Source: Candidatus Thorarchaeota archaeon
Lineage (GTDB): Archaea; Asgardarchaeota; Thorarchaeia; Thorarchaeales; Thorarchaeaceae
DNA: 64,000 nucleotides
Direction: 5' to 3'
NCBI GenBank assembly: GCA_030593165.1
Contig: JAUVHR010000001.1
Coordinates: forward strand, 25,025 to 89,024
In this document: one piece after another, positions 9,893-20,865 of the stretch
How the letters are laid out: the number at the start of each line of letters is the position of its first letter
Position numbering within the stretch: position 1 is the first letter of the stretch
Notes under the pieces: model-generated
What the model saw: the letters and a program-made list of their open reading frames with translations, nothing else
Told to the model about the DNA's origin: nothing
Databases searched by the model: none
Made by a program: the position numbers and the translations under genes

Positions 9893-11113
9893 TTAACCGA
9901 ACATAGCAGAGGTGAATTCATCCTTTTGTCGATTCTTCACCTTGGCAATTGCTTCTCGAAAGTCTTGTTGTGTGACACATTTTCGGCCTTCTGTAATAGC
10001 AAACATGCCTGCCTCAGTACAGATTGCTTTGACATCTGCTCCAGTCATCTCATCTGTCATCACAGCCAACTGAGCTATATCCACACCAGGACACTTACTC
10101 ATCTTTCGGGTGTGTATTTTGAATATCTGTTCTCTGCCTTCTCGCTTGGGAAATGGAAATTTGATTATACGGTCGAAGCGTCCGGGTCTTAGTAGAGCAG
10201 GATCGAGAATATCTGGTCTATTGGTTGCTGCCACGACAGCAACTTGACCACGAATGGAAAAACCATCAAGTTCGCTAAGGAGCTGCATCAATGTCCTCTG
10301 TACTTCTCTATCACCTGATGTAGCAACATCAAGTCTGTGTGAACCAACGGCGTCAAGTTCATCTATGAAAATAATTGCAGGTGCCTTGTCTTTGGCAAGC
10401 TGAAATACCTCTCGAACTAATCTAGCACCTTCACCTATAAACTTCTGAACTAGTTCTGAACCAATCACCCTGATGAAAGTGGCTGTTGTTTCTCTGGCAA
10501 CTGCTCTTGCACAAAGTGTCTTACCAGTGCCGGGCGGACCGGTCAGAAGAACGCCTCTGGGCGGATCGATACCTATTGTTTCAAACAACTCGGGCCTAGT
10601 AAGAGGTGTTTCAACAGTACCCTTGAGTTCATCAAGTTGGTCATCGAGACCACCTATGTCAGCATATGTTACATCCGGAGCATCCTCTATCTCCATAGCT
10701 CTAATCATCGGGTCAAGTGGAGATGGCAGAGCTTGAACAACAGCAAAAGAGCGTTGGTTCAAGGCAACCCTCATTCCCGGCAGGAGCTTATCTTTTGGAA
10801 CCGACGATGCTACATTGACAAAGAAGTTGGGACCAGTCGAGCTTTTCACGATTGCCTTATCATCACCAAGCATCTCAAGAACAGTCGCTGTTATGAGTGG
10901 TGGTTGTCGCAGTTTATCAAGCTCACTTCTAAGCGATTGATTCTCCTTAGCCAGTCGGCTCTTCTCTGCACGGTGCATCTGACTTTCATTCTCAAGAGCA
11001 CTAATACGTCTCTGCAGTATTCTAATACGGCGTTCCAACTCCCTTACTTGATCCATAAGATCAGTGGGGTTTTCAACACTGCCTTCGTCCTTGGCATCAG
11101 CAGTCCCTGGCAA
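9893..11113 (-). CDS. pan: proteasome-activating nucleotidase (PAN)
   Basis: N-terminal coiled coil, Walker A (GPPGTGKT), Walker B (IIFIDELD), and second region of homology ([20 protein letters not shown]). Confidence 0.9.
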   Translation of the reverse strand: MPGTADAKDEGSVENPTDLMDQVRELERRIRILQRRISALENESQMHRAEKSRLAKENQSLRSELDKLRQPPLITATVLEMLGDDKAIVKSSTGPNFFVNVASSVPKDKLLPGMRVALNQRSFAVVQALPSPLDPMIRAMEIEDAPDVTYADIGGLDDQLDELKGTVETPLTRPELFETIGIDPPRGVLLTGPPGTGKTLCARAVARETTATFIRVIGSELVQKFIGEGARLVREVFQLAKDKAPAIIFIDELDAVGSHRLDVATSGDREVQRTLMQLLSELDGFSIRGQVAVVAATNRPDILDPALLRPGRFDRIIKFPFPKREGREQIFKIHTRKMSKCPGVDIAQLAVMTDEMTGADVKAICTEAGMFAITEGRKCVTQQDFREAIAKVKNRQKDEFTSAMFG

Positions 11114-11246
11114 TCAATGATACCTCACTACTCTCTCAAATACTTCAAATTTAAGGATTTCACTACTAACCTAGACTAACAACCGAATACACAACACCAC
11201 GTTTATCAATGCAAACATATCTGACTAGTCTAAAGAGGGGTTATCA

Positions 11247-11825
11247 GTGCCCAGCTGCGAACTCTGTGGTCGAAAAATGACAGGTAATGGACGCAACGTC
11301 ATCATCGAGGGTGCCTCCATGCTTGTATGTCCTCAATGTGCATCAAAATTTGGTGGAAGATCTGATAGTACTGGATCTAGACCTTCCACTCAAGCTCCAA
11401 AACAACCCTCATGGATGAGTCGTCCATCAACATCCTCTCCATCAGCACCTAGACGCTCCCAATCCGCGCGGATTAAGTCAAAACCAAGGGCTAGACCTAG
11501 TAGCCCAGCCACACTCGAAGATATGATTCTTGTTGAAGATTACGCTCGCATGATCAGAGCTGCACGTCAAAAAAAGAAGATGAGTCAAGAAGAACTAGCA
11601 CAAAAAGTTGGTGAACGTATATCTACTCTTCAAGCTATTGAATCTGGTCGACTAAAACCTACGAGAAAGACAATCAGAGGCCTTGAAAGAGAATTGGAGA
11701 TTTCGTTATTAGAACCAATCGGGACCACACCTATTAGAACCCATGGAGCACGGTCTGCGGGTGACTCCCCGACTCTTGGAGATGTTGTGAAAATCAAGAG
11801 AAAAAAACGACAGAAGGACGACTAA
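11247..11825 (+). CDS. mbf1: archaeal multiprotein-bridging factor 1 (Zn-ribbon + Cro/C1 HTH); GTG start
   Basis: CELCG..CPQC zinc ribbon, an S/P-rich linker, and an HTH (MSQEELAQKVGERISTLQAIESG). Confidence 0.8.
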   Translation: MPSCELCGRKMTGNGRNVIIEGASMLVCPQCASKFGGRSDSTGSRPSTQAPKQPSWMSRPSTSSPSAPRRSQSARIKSKPRARPSSPATLEDMILVEDYARMIRAARQKKKMSQEELAQKVGERISTLQAIESGRLKPTRKTIRGLERELEISLLEPIGTTPIRTHGARSAGDSPTLGDVVKIKRKKRQKDD

Positions 11826-11980
11826 GTGTTCGGCCCACTCAGAACGTCGTCCTAAGAAGAGGCCTTATATAGCATCTAAGAGCAATATATAACAAGTACA
11901 AATTTCCTGATGAGGATTTCAACAATTAACAATACTCCAGTCTATTGACTATATACCCCAACGTTTAGGTGATTAATTAA

Positions 11981-12505
11981 ATGCCACACTCCTTCAACAA
12001 CGACTTATTTCGACTAGTGGTCGAAGAGATTGCGGGCAAAGAAGGGGTTGACGTAGCAACAGTACTTGCAAATGCAGATGAAACGACTGACGAAGAGATT
12101 GCCACGAAGACAGACCTGAAGCTTAACGTTGTACGAAGGATTCTATACAAACTACATGACAACCACCTTGCATCTTATCGGAGAATTCGCGATACAAATA
12201 CAGGTTGGTTCCTGTACTATTGGAAGATAGATCCCAAAAAGGCACAGGCATTAGTCAATCGCAAGAAACGCATGGTCCTTTCCTTGTTGGAACAGCGGCT
12301 TGAACACGAGAGTAACAATGATCTATACTCTTGCGCAAATGGCGATTCATCCCCCGTACCCTTTGAGGAAGCCATGAACCTATCGTTTCGTTGCCCAACA
12401 TGCAATGAACAACTCGAATATGTAGATAACAGCAGAGCAATCAGTTTTCTTCGCAAGCGAGTAGAGGAACTCCGTGCAGACCTCCAAGCAACTTCTACTA
12501 CTTAG
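11981..12505 (+). CDS. tfe: transcription factor E alpha (TFIIE-alpha homologue)
   Basis: Winged-helix N-terminus (EEIATKTDLKLNVVRRILYKLHDNHLASYRR..WFLYYW) and a zinc ribbon (CPTCNEQL). Confidence 0.8.
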   Translation: MPHSFNNDLFRLVVEEIAGKEGVDVATVLANADETTDEEIATKTDLKLNVVRRILYKLHDNHLASYRRIRDTNTGWFLYYWKIDPKKAQALVNRKKRMVLSLLEQRLEHESNNDLYSCANGDSSPVPFEEAMNLSFRCPTCNEQLEYVDNSRAISFLRKRVEELRADLQATSTT

Positions 12506-12548
12506 GACCTATTCTTGGTTCATAATATTCGCGCAGGATGAGATATTG

Positions 12549-13319
12549 ATGCATCTTACACTTCGTTCCCGAGTCTATGGACCATTCAGACAGAATTTGC
12601 TGACTTCACTTCGCAATGTCATAAATACCATGATATCCGAATTGGATGCGACAATAAAGGGGATGAAACTCAATCCAAGAGGTCATGTACAATTCATTAT
12701 TGAGGGATCAGATCAGGAATTCGTTGCAAATCTAATAGAACAGGAGTTCGGTACTGTTCCCAAAACCAGTAACTTGACCACAAAGTCCTCCCACTTGGGT
12801 CAGCTTGTTGATGTTGGAAAGGTCGGATATGGAATCTATGTAGATATCGGAGTCATGATACCCACCAAAATGGATGCACTAATTCCTCTTCATATTCTAA
12901 GAGATCAACTTGAAATGTCCAAAAAACCACTCAGGAAAATAGCCAAATCACTAATACTTGTAGACAATCTTCCAATTCAGATTGAACTAACAAGTGTGGA
13001 TCTCAATAAACAACGACTCGAAGCCAAGATTTCCAATTCTTTCATTGACAGACTCCAGAGATGGATGCATGATGACCACGAACGACTTCTAGTTTTTGGT
13101 GTATCAAAAGAAATGATAGAGGGCACATTAAATGTGGTTGGACATAGGGAGGACATTTACAGAATCGAACAGCTAGGGACTTTCGAATACTCACTGAAAT
13201 GCAAACGTTCCACACGTGCTTCTGGAATCCTGGCAGCCATTGGTCCTAAAATGAAGGGTATTCCAATGCATCTTTTCATCCCACGAGAGGTAGAGGAGAA
13301 TCGTCATGCCACGACTTGA
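12549..13319 (+). CDS. conserved archaeal protein with S1/OB-like segment (DUF2110-like); start moved to the in-frame ATG at 12549
   Basis: The track start (12474) overlaps tfe. Downstream, MHLTLRS... is the first ATG after the tfe stop. GQLVDVGKVGYGIYVDIG is S1-like. Confidence 0.55.
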   Translation: MHLTLRSRVYGPFRQNLLTSLRNVINTMISELDATIKGMKLNPRGHVQFIIEGSDQEFVANLIEQEFGTVPKTSNLTTKSSHLGQLVDVGKVGYGIYVDIGVMIPTKMDALIPLHILRDQLEMSKKPLRKIAKSLILVDNLPIQIELTSVDLNKQRLEAKISNSFIDRLQRWMHDDHERLLVFGVSKEMIEGTLNVVGHREDIYRIEQLGTFEYSLKCKRSTRASGILAAIGPKMKGIPMHLFIPREVEENRHATT

Positions 13320-13983
13320 TGTCTGGTTAGTCGAAAACGGACATTTCCCATCTCGTCAGATGGCAAAACGTGCTATCCGAGCAGGTCATGTTACTGTAAA
13401 TGAACACGTAGCTAAGCCATCAACCAATGTGACGGGCGCAGAATCCATAATCATCTCTGATTTATCAGACATTCAACCTGCGGGATACTCCAAAATCAAG
13501 GACATTGAAACACGAATTGGACACCGTCTTTCAACTCCAGGAATATATGCTCTTGACATTGGCTGTTCCGTCGGAGGTTTTCTAAGATTTCTGCTCGAAA
13601 ATGGTGTCAAAGTCATCGGAATCGAGGTTTCGACCGAGTTTCTTGATATTCTTCAAGATTTAGTGGATGATTATTCGGAACTATCCCTAATCATTGGTGA
13701 TGCCTTTACAATTGATATAAATGACATATGTAGAAAGGCAACACTTGACCTACTCCTTCTTGATGTAACAACTGAACCTAACGGAACATTCAAACTAGTA
13801 GAAAAATACACACCACTTCTCAAAACCGGGGGGAGATTAGTTGCTGCATTCAAGATTAAGTCCACTACTGATAAGGCCGAAAAGCTCGGACAGGTCATTG
13901 CACAGCTTGGATATGATAATATCATACCCATTATTCTTGATAAAACACGGCATGAAGTACATATCATAGCCACTTCCAAGTGA
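13306..13983 (+). CDS. TlyA-like S4-domain rRNA 2'-O-methyltransferase (FtsJ fold)
   Basis: S4 motif (RLDVWLVENGHFPSRQMAKRAIRAGHVTVN) and SAM motif (ALDIGCSVGGF). Confidence 0.7.
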   Translation: MPRLDVWLVENGHFPSRQMAKRAIRAGHVTVNEHVAKPSTNVTGAESIIISDLSDIQPAGYSKIKDIETRIGHRLSTPGIYALDIGCSVGGFLRFLLENGVKVIGIEVSTEFLDILQDLVDDYSELSLIIGDAFTIDINDICRKATLDLLLLDVTTEPNGTFKLVEKYTPLLKTGGRLVAAFKIKSTTDKAEKLGQVIAQLGYDNIIPIILDKTRHEVHIIATSK

Positions 13984-14020
13984 GTAAATCTTTTATTGAC
14001 AGCAGACAGAGCGGGCATTA

Positions 14021-14129
14021 GGGGCAGTAGTCTAGCCCGGCTATGATGTCTCGCTTACACCGAGAAAACGATTGGAAATCATTCCTTCGTTCTCGATGGT
14101 CGCTGGTTCGAATCCGGCCTGCCCCACCA
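14021..14129 (+). tRNA. tRNA-Val(UAC) with one ~30-nt intron 3' of the anticodon stem (non-canonical position); CCA encoded
   Basis: Acceptor is GGGGCAG/CTGCCCC. Anticodon arm is TCTCG-CTTACAC-CGAGA. T arm is GCTGG-TTCGAAT-CCGGC. The extra sequence AAACGATTGGAAATCATTCCTTCGTTCTCGA lies between the anticodon stem and the variable region. Confidence 0.75.
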
Positions 14130-14235
14130 TCTCTTCACTCATCAACTCCACCAAAGAGTTGAAGAGTCACTTCTCTCTAACATCACCTTGCAGAGAAACC
14201 GTACAAGGTGCGGCCGCAACCACCGTCCAAACAAA

Positions 14236-14323
14236 GCGGGAGTAGCCAAGACTGGTCAAAGGCGACGGACTTAAGATCCGTTCTCGTAGGAGTCCAGGGG
14301 TTCAAGTCCCCTCTCCCGCACCA
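14236..14323 (+). tRNA. tRNA-Leu(UAA), long variable arm, CCA encoded
   Basis: Acceptor is GCGGGAG/CTCCCGC. Anticodon arm is ACGGA-CTTAAGA-TCCGT. T arm is AGGGG-TTCAAGT-CCCCT. Confidence 0.9.
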
Positions 14324-14447
14324 TTGTAATACTATTATTACAACATATGCATCAATACATACATTTGCAATTCAAATTACTATGACGGTACGAAGGCTTT
14401 ATGACTCAGCCTATCGACGAGAGAATCAAGCTCCAAGGTGAATCGTC

Positions 14448-15788
14448 ATGGGTCTAGAGAGCTCGGGGTATATGGGACTAGTCCTTAAGATACTAACTCA
14501 GGCCGGCATAGATGTATCTGATAGAATCAGAATCATTTCCAACGGCAAAGATTACGAAGGAATTCTCATACCACGTGCACAAGTTGGAAGTGATCCTGAC
14601 CATATTGTAGTAAAACTAGACACTGGATATAATGTGGGTGTCAGAATAGGGGTAGAATCACATATCGAGCTCGTAAAACGAGGAAAGAAACGAAAATCTG
14701 AGAGGCATTCTAATCTACCAAAAGCCAATCCTGACCTACCAACAGTAGCTATTCTAAGTACAGGTGGAACGATAGCTAGCAAGGTCGACTACAAGACTGG
14801 CGCAGTGAATCCAGCCCTATCAGCACAAGATTTGTATGATACAGTACCTGAGCTTAACCAACACGCTAGAGTGATACCCCGGATTCTCATGAGTTTGCTT
14901 TCAGAGAATATCCAGCCTGCAGACTGGAGCATAATTGCCAAGGAAGTAGCTTCAGAGATAAGAAAGGGTGTTGACGGAATTGTTATTGCACATGGTACTG
15001 ATACAATTACATACACATCCGCAGCACTTTCTTTTGCTCTTCAAGAAATGCCAGTCCCAGTTGCTCTTGTAGGTTCACAGAGATCATCCGATAGACCATC
15101 ATCAGATGCTGCTATCAACCTAATAGGCGCCACCGACCTAGTCGGTCGAGTTGATGCTGCAGAAGTAATGGTTGTCATGCATGGTCAAACTGATGACAGC
15201 TTTGTTCATGCACACAGAGGCACTAGGGTTCGTAAGTCACATACAAGCAGACGTGATGCATTCCAGTCAATTAACTTTCAACCCCTATTCAAAGTGGAAG
15301 GTTCACAAATTTCCGAAATCACACAACCTCTCCTCCGTCGTAATCCAGAACGGAAGCTCAGACTCAAACCGAAATTTGATGATAATGTTGCTCTCCTCAA
15401 AACATACCCTGGTATCCGAGGAGAATTCATTGACAATTTCGTAGAATGCGGTATCAAGGGAATAGTGATTGAGGGAACTGGATTAGGTCATGCATCTGAA
15501 CACATTCACTTGTCTATCAAGAATGCCATCGAGTCTGGGGTTGTGGTTGCAATGACAAGTCAATGCATTTCTGGACGCGTGGATATGAATGTCTACAGAC
15601 CAGGTGTTGAGATGTTACAGATGGGTGTTATCCCATGCGAGAACATGCTTGCCGAAACTGCAGTTGTCAAGTTGATGTGGTTGTTAGCGAATAACAAAAG
15701 TGTGGAAAAAGTATCAACCCAAATGGGGGAGTGTATTGTGGGCGAGATGGATTCAAGGACAGAACAAAGGGAGTATGACCCACATTAG
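14448..15788 (+). CDS. gatD: Glu-tRNA(Gln) amidotransferase subunit D
   Basis: Asparaginase-type motifs (ILSTGGTIAS, HGTDT) plus the N-terminal GatD-specific domain. It sits directly upstream of gatE. Confidence 0.9.
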   Translation: MGLESSGYMGLVLKILTQAGIDVSDRIRIISNGKDYEGILIPRAQVGSDPDHIVVKLDTGYNVGVRIGVESHIELVKRGKKRKSERHSNLPKANPDLPTVAILSTGGTIASKVDYKTGAVNPALSAQDLYDTVPELNQHARVIPRILMSLLSENIQPADWSIIAKEVASEIRKGVDGIVIAHGTDTITYTSAALSFALQEMPVPVALVGSQRSSDRPSSDAAINLIGATDLVGRVDAAEVMVVMHGQTDDSFVHAHRGTRVRKSHTSRRDAFQSINFQPLFKVEGSQISEITQPLLRRNPERKLRLKPKFDDNVALLKTYPGIRGEFIDNFVECGIKGIVIEGTGLGHASEHIHLSIKNAIESGVVVAMTSQCISGRVDMNVYRPGVEMLQMGVIPCENMLAETAVVKLMWLLANNKSVEKVSTQMGECIVGEMDSRTEQREYDPH

Positions 15789-15799
15789 GAATTGATAGC

Positions 15800-17719
15800 A
15801 TGCCAGACCAGGAACATTATGATAATCTTGGATTGATGGTTGGTCTTGAACTCCACCAACAACTGGACACTTCTCGTAAATTGTACTGTCACTGTCTCCC
15901 CATACTCCGTGATGATGAACCAGATGGAGGCATACTCAGACGACTCCGACCAACACAAAGTGAAATGGGGGCAATTGATCCCGCTGCTCTCTTCGAGTTC
16001 CAGAAGAATAAGAGATTCTATTACGAGTATTACAATGACACAACGTGTCTTGTCGAAACTGACGAAGAGCCTCCTCACAACATATGCGAGGCCTCCATAG
16101 ACATTTGTCTTACAATGGCACAATTTCTTGCATCATCACCGGTGGATGAGGTTCATCCCATGCGCAAGATAGTGATTGATGGAAGCAATACATCAGGATT
16201 CCAGCGTACGGCGATAATCGCAACAGGTGGTGCAATTGACATTGGTGGGAAGCGAATAGGCATCCAGACCATATGTCTTGAGGAAGATGCTGCAAGGAAA
16301 ATCGCCGAAAAAGAGAACATACGAATTTACCGACTTGATCGCCTAGGAATTCCCCTGATTGAGGTCGCAACAGCTCCTGATATCCGATCACCATCAGAGG
16401 CACAGGAGGTTGCATTAGCCTTGGGTCTTCTTCTCAGGTCGACTGGAAGAGTGAGGAGAGGCCTAGGTACAATCAGACAGGATGTGAATGTTTCCATCAA
16501 GGGCGGGGCAATCATTGAGATAAAGGGTCTACAACAACTTGACCTACTCTCAACTATGGTCGAACTAGAGGTACTCCGACAACAACGATTACTCGAAATC
16601 AAGAATATACTATCAAGCAGAGGTATCACATCCGAAACCATCTCTGACAATCCAGTTGATGTAAGTCAAGTCTTCCAGAACACAACATCGAAAGTGATTA
16701 AGAAGACACTATCAAAGGGTGGTAGTATTCAGGCCATCAGACTTCCTGGCTTCGCAGGACTCGTGGGTGAAGAAGTCCAACCTGGTCGGAGGTTAGGAAC
16801 AGAGCTGGCAGATTATGCCCGATTCTGGAGTGGAATAGGTGGGATTTTCCACACAGATGAATTACCCCACTATGGAATCACCGACTCTGAGGTCAAGGGC
16901 CTTAGAGAGGCAGTCAAAGCTGAGGAGATTGATGCTGTAGTAGTAGTAGCTGCAGACGAAACCATGTGTCATGATGCACTAGACGCTGTCATCAAACGTG
17001 CGAAGGCTACAACCAAAGGTGTTCCAGTAGAAACCAGAATCCCACTACCAGATGGAACATCAAAGTATGCAAGACCGCGTCCTGGTGCAGAACGAATGTA
17101 CCCCGAAACCGATGTAAGACCAGTGAAAATTACAGCATCACGTCTGAAAAGAATAAAGAGGAATATGCCCGAATCGCTTGATCACAAGGAAACACGATTT
17201 GTCACGGAATATGGATTAAGCAGTAATCTCTCAACTCAGATTGTTCGGTCTCTAAACCTGCAGATATTTGAACATGTGGTCCAAGAGCTTGAAATCTCAC
17301 CAACTCTTGTGGCTGTTACTCTTGAAAATACAATCGTGAGCCTGCAACGTGATGGTGTCCCAACACAGAATCTGGAAGAATCACACCTGTTTTCCCTATT
17401 CAAAGCTGTGGCAAAAGGAGCGGTTTCTCCAGAGGCAATTCCCATAATCTTAGCACATCTAGCAAAGAATCCTAAATCTACGGTCAAAGACGCACTAAGT
17501 GCAACTGGACTGCTTGAGAAAGTAGATAGTACCGATGTCGAATCCATGGTCAGAACCACAGTCACAGAGAGAATTGACTACGTGCGAAAGCATGGCATGG
17601 GAGCCGTTGACGGTCTCATGGGTGTAGTCATGAAGGAGCTAAGGGGCAAGGCGGATGGGAAAACTGTGAAGGATCTTCTGACCACTGAGATTCAAAGGGT
17701 ACTTGATAGAGAGAATTAG
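15800..17719 (+). CDS. gatE: Glu-tRNA(Gln) amidotransferase subunit E
   Basis: GLELHQQL, the GatB/E core (NTSGFQRTAI, IEVATAPD), and a C-terminal YqeY-like tail. Confidence 0.9.
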   Translation: MPDQEHYDNLGLMVGLELHQQLDTSRKLYCHCLPILRDDEPDGGILRRLRPTQSEMGAIDPAALFEFQKNKRFYYEYYNDTTCLVETDEEPPHNICEASIDICLTMAQFLASSPVDEVHPMRKIVIDGSNTSGFQRTAIIATGGAIDIGGKRIGIQTICLEEDAARKIAEKENIRIYRLDRLGIPLIEVATAPDIRSPSEAQEVALALGLLLRSTGRVRRGLGTIRQDVNVSIKGGAIIEIKGLQQLDLLSTMVELEVLRQQRLLEIKNILSSRGITSETISDNPVDVSQVFQNTTSKVIKKTLSKGGSIQAIRLPGFAGLVGEEVQPGRRLGTELADYARFWSGIGGIFHTDELPHYGITDSEVKGLREAVKAEEIDAVVVVAADETMCHDALDAVIKRAKATTKGVPVETRIPLPDGTSKYARPRPGAERMYPETDVRPVKITASRLKRIKRNMPESLDHKETRFVTEYGLSSNLSTQIVRSLNLQIFEHVVQELEISPTLVAVTLENTIVSLQRDGVPTQNLEESHLFSLFKAVAKGAVSPEAIPIILAHLAKNPKSTVKDALSATGLLEKVDSTDVESMVRTTVTERIDYVRKHGMGAVDGLMGVVMKELRGKADGKTVKDLLTTEIQRVLDREN

Positions 17720-17786
17720 CAGCAAGCTTGACAAGAAGCGAAAGCTAACTTTAATAGAGAAGCTCAATGTGCCCGTATAAATCCGT

Positions 17787-17926
17787 GCCGCAGTGGCCTA
17801 GCCTGGTTAGGGCGCGAGACTCATAATCTTCCCAGAATCTCTGGGATACGACTGGGGTCAATAGTTTCGCCAAAATCGAGATGAGAAATCTCGAAGTCGA
17901 GGGCTCGAATCCCTCCTGCGGCACCA
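17787..17926 (+). tRNA. tRNA-Met(CAU) (elongator or Ile2-type) with a ~62-nt canonical 37/38 intron
   Basis: Acceptor is GCCGCAG/CTGCGGC. The 5' half of the anticodon arm, CGAGA-CTCATA, is followed by the intron and then A-TCTCG. T arm is GAGGG-CTCGAAT-CCCTC. Confidence 0.8.
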
Positions 17927-18022
17927 ATATTTCTTGTACATACATTCTCTCTTCTGGGGTGCATTATTACAAATCGATTAAGTTACTACGAGGTTATTAA
18001 CCAAGTTCAAGTACACATCACC

Positions 18023-18241
18023 ATGACTGCCCAAATGGAAAAATGGCGGCTCGTGGGGGGTTTAGTCTATCGACTCGCCAAAGTATTCGACAACTGCGTA
18101 GAGGCAATCAGACACGCAAAGACTCTCAAAAAGGAGAACAGAGTCTTTCTCTCACGAACACTAGATGGTCAATGGGCAGTATACTGGAGACCTAGAAAAG
18201 AGAAGGTCGAGTGTGACTCACAAGTCTATAGCATCAGCTAG
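18023..18241 (+). CDS. hypothetical small protein
   Basis: 72-aa ORF in an otherwise empty gap. No motif. Confidence 0.3.
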   Translation: MTAQMEKWRLVGGLVYRLAKVFDNCVEAIRHAKTLKKENRVFLSRTLDGQWAVYWRPRKEKVECDSQVYSIS

Positions 18242-18352
18242 GCCATCTTTGTGTAGATAGATTTTTGTGGCAGCATAATTCCTCCGAAACTCAAGACGGG
18301 AGAGGTAACTTTCAGAACAACCTCATTCCGACCAAAACGTCGGTGATTCAAC

Positions 18353-19564
18353 TTGAAGCTGCCCTTCAAAACCCTTGATGATGTTGACTATGCCGGAAAG
18401 CGAGTCTTGATTCGAGTGGACATGAACTGTTCATTGAATCCGGAAACTAAGGTGATTACTAACGACTCGAGGATAGTAGCAATGACCCCGACTTTAAGGG
18501 AGCTATCCAAGAGTAAAGTGATACTGATGGCACATCAGGGCCGACCCGGCAGTGAAGACTTCATTTCTTTAGAACAACATACAGTAATTCTCAGGAAGCT
18601 GGGCTTCAAGGCCACTTTCGTTGATGATATCTTTGGCAACAAGGCTAAGAATGCAATCCAGAACGTAGAGGTGGGACATATACTAGTTCTTCAGAATGTA
18701 CGGATGTTCGAAGGCGAGATGAAACAGGCCCCAGTGGAAGAGGTTTCACAGGAACCAATAGTACAGGAGCTTTATCCACTATTCGATTTGTTTGTCAACG
18801 ATGCTTTTGGAGCAGCCCACAGATCCCAAGCATCAATTGTGGGTTTCACAGCAGTACTTCCCTCAGTAGCAGGGCGAGTGATGGAGAAGGAGATTCGGGT
18901 GCTGAGCAAGGTCATCGCAGAGGAACTTCATCCATGGATTCTAGTTCTCGGCGGGAGCAAGGTGAAAGACAAGGTGAAGATAATCGGGAAGCTTCTGGCA
19001 ATGGGCCGAGCAGACAATGTACTCCTAGGGGGTCTCATTGGGACACTATTCTTGATTGCAAATGGTACCATTCCAAATGAGTACGGTGCTCCCATTAAGG
19101 GATTTCAGGAAGTGCTGGGCATTGCAAAGGAATTGTTGGAAAAGTATTCCGATGTCATAATACTCCCAGAAGACGCAGCTGTAGAGAGGGATGGAAAACG
19201 AGTTGAGTGTGAATTCGGTGAAATCGCTGGCGATCCCTTCCTAGACATAGGTTACAAGACAGCAAAGAAATTCGGCAAGACGATTCGTGGAGCCAAGGTG
19301 GCATTTGCAAATGGTCCTATGGGCTATTTCGAGAAAGAAGAATTCACCCATGGTACAGTCGAGGTCCTAAAGGCCATAGCAGACTGTAACTGTATCACAG
19401 TGGTTGGAGGAGGTCATGTCAGTGCAATGGCGCAACGAATGGGCCTGCTTAACAAAATCACCCATATCAGTACTGGCGGCGGTGCGACTATGGGCTTCTT
19501 GACAGGCAAGCAGCTCGTTCTTGTTGATGCTCTTGAAGCAGCGGCAAAAAGGATGGACGCATAG
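18353..19564 (+). CDS. pgk: phosphoglycerate kinase (TTG start)
   Basis: RVDMN, MAHQGRPG, NDAFGAAHR and STGGGA motifs. Confidence 0.9.
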   Translation: MKLPFKTLDDVDYAGKRVLIRVDMNCSLNPETKVITNDSRIVAMTPTLRELSKSKVILMAHQGRPGSEDFISLEQHTVILRKLGFKATFVDDIFGNKAKNAIQNVEVGHILVLQNVRMFEGEMKQAPVEEVSQEPIVQELYPLFDLFVNDAFGAAHRSQASIVGFTAVLPSVAGRVMEKEIRVLSKVIAEELHPWILVLGGSKVKDKVKIIGKLLAMGRADNVLLGGLIGTLFLIANGTIPNEYGAPIKGFQEVLGIAKELLEKYSDVIILPEDAAVERDGKRVECEFGEIAGDPFLDIGYKTAKKFGKTIRGAKVAFANGPMGYFEKEEFTHGTVEVLKAIADCNCITVVGGGHVSAMAQRMGLLNKITHISTGGGATMGFLTGKQLVLVDALEAAAKRMDA

Positions 19565-19858
19565 ATGCAGACCGCAGAAGCAATTCTATACTGGCTGCCA
19601 ATACTCTATATGATATTCATGAATCTGGCCGCATTCATTGGAATGTGGTGGGACAAGAGGAAGGCTGAACGCAATGAGTGGAGAATTGCAGAGCCAACAC
19701 TGTACATTCTGGGGATAATGGGAGGCGCAGTTGGTATCTTTGGAGGAATGTACAGGTTTCGCCACAAGACCCAGAAGAAATCTTTTCGAGCAATTGCAAT
19801 TATTGGATTGATTATATCTCTGTTTATCTACTGGTTAATCGGTAATCTATACATCTGA
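19565..19858 (+). CDS. DUF1294-family membrane protein
   Basis: WWDKRKAERNEWRIAE ... RHKTQKKSF is the pattern typical of DUF1294. Confidence 0.6.
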   Translation: MQTAEAILYWLPILYMIFMNLAAFIGMWWDKRKAERNEWRIAEPTLYILGIMGGAVGIFGGMYRFRHKTQKKSFRAIAIIGLIISLFIYWLIGNLYI

Positions 19859-19873
19859 TTCTTACAGAAGAAG

Positions 19874-19949
19874 TGGAGCCCCAGGCGAGAGTTGAACTCG
19901 CGACCTGCTGATTACAAGTCAGCCGCTATAGCCACTAAGCCACTGAGGC
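19874..19949 (-). tRNA. tRNA-Thr(UGU)
   Basis: The reverse complement gives acceptor GCCTCAG/CTGGGGC, anticodon arm GCTGA-CTTGTAA-TCAGC, and T arm CGCGA-GTTCAAC-TCTCG. Confidence 0.9.
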
Positions 19950-20077
19950 ATCCTTAACTCAGCGAAGAAATATATTTGTTTTAAAAGCTCCTCTTCCAAA
20001 CCTTTCCAATACGCTTTCGCCGTCTATTTAGACTTGAAAAACAACAAACCCACGGTTTCAACCACTCTAAGTTCCAA

Positions 20078-20734
20078 TCACTTGTGATGATACTCATTAT
20101 CAATTATTATCGCGTATGCTAAAAGTATCAGTCGAGGTACATCGGGATTAGCAATGTGAAGCACATACCTATCTTTGAAACTGAATGCTCTTCCAAACAC
20201 ATCTCGCCACTTGTCTCCTCTCTTAATCTCAGCAAAGACCCTTTTCTTGTCATCAGGAGCAGTGATTCTGAATTCCCATTTAGTCACTCCCCCTTGAGCC
20301 CTGTAGATTATCTTATTATCAGAATCGTACATATCTATTGAACCACGGAACGTAATCAGGGATTTCTTGGCTCTACCAATGAAACTTCCTTCAGAATCCT
20401 TAACATTATATATTGGACGCACACTGACAATTTTCCTGCTGATCACGGCTAGGCTCTTCTCATCAGAATCACAAAGCTCAATCTCAGTACACATAGAGAT
20501 CAACTTCCTCTTTATGAAACCAATCTTCTCACCTTGAGGATTGTAGATGTCACCACCACCAAACTTCCAAGTCTTTTCGTGGAGAACATAGTATTCGATA
20601 GAAGGATCTAGTAGACTCAGAATAATCACCTTGATTCTATGCAGCTTAACGGGACGATTTAAGGAACATCGTAAAACCAACAGATTAACAGGTATGTTAA
20701 GCACATGTTTATGAGGCAATAGGAGAATTAACAC
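20078..20734 (-). CDS. LURP-one-related / tubby C-terminal-like (scramblase-fold, DUF567-like) protein; true start probably downstream of the track start
   Basis: Repeated beta-hairpin pattern (KIVSVRPIYNVKDSEGSFIGRAKK...IDMYDSDNKIIYRAQGG..WEFRITAP). Confidence 0.55.
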   Translation of the reverse strand: MLILLLPHKHVLNIPVNLLVLRCSLNRPVKLHRIKVIILSLLDPSIEYYVLHEKTWKFGGGDIYNPQGEKIGFIKRKLISMCTEIELCDSDEKSLAVISRKIVSVRPIYNVKDSEGSFIGRAKKSLITFRGSIDMYDSDNKIIYRAQGGVTKWEFRITAPDDKKRVFAEIKRGDKWRDVFGRAFSFKDRYVLHIANPDVPRLILLAYAIIIDNEYHHK

Positions 20735-20865
20735 CTAGAGGACGTATCTCCTAGAGATAAATCGGTATCACACACACATGATACAAAGGCTCAATGCCTA
20801 CAAGAAAGCTAAAATACCATACACGGTTCTCTATCACACGACGACATTACAGCAGGTGACACCAG

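Noticed and set aside
12474-12548. N-terminal extensions in the ORF track. The same applies to 53948-54016 of rpoB, 57355-57384 of rpoA1, 21816-21893 of rpiA and 51582-51623 of tnpB.
   Set aside because: The extensions overlap upstream genes, tRNA or promoter sequence, or encode non-conserved residues. The internal ATGs give canonical N-termini.
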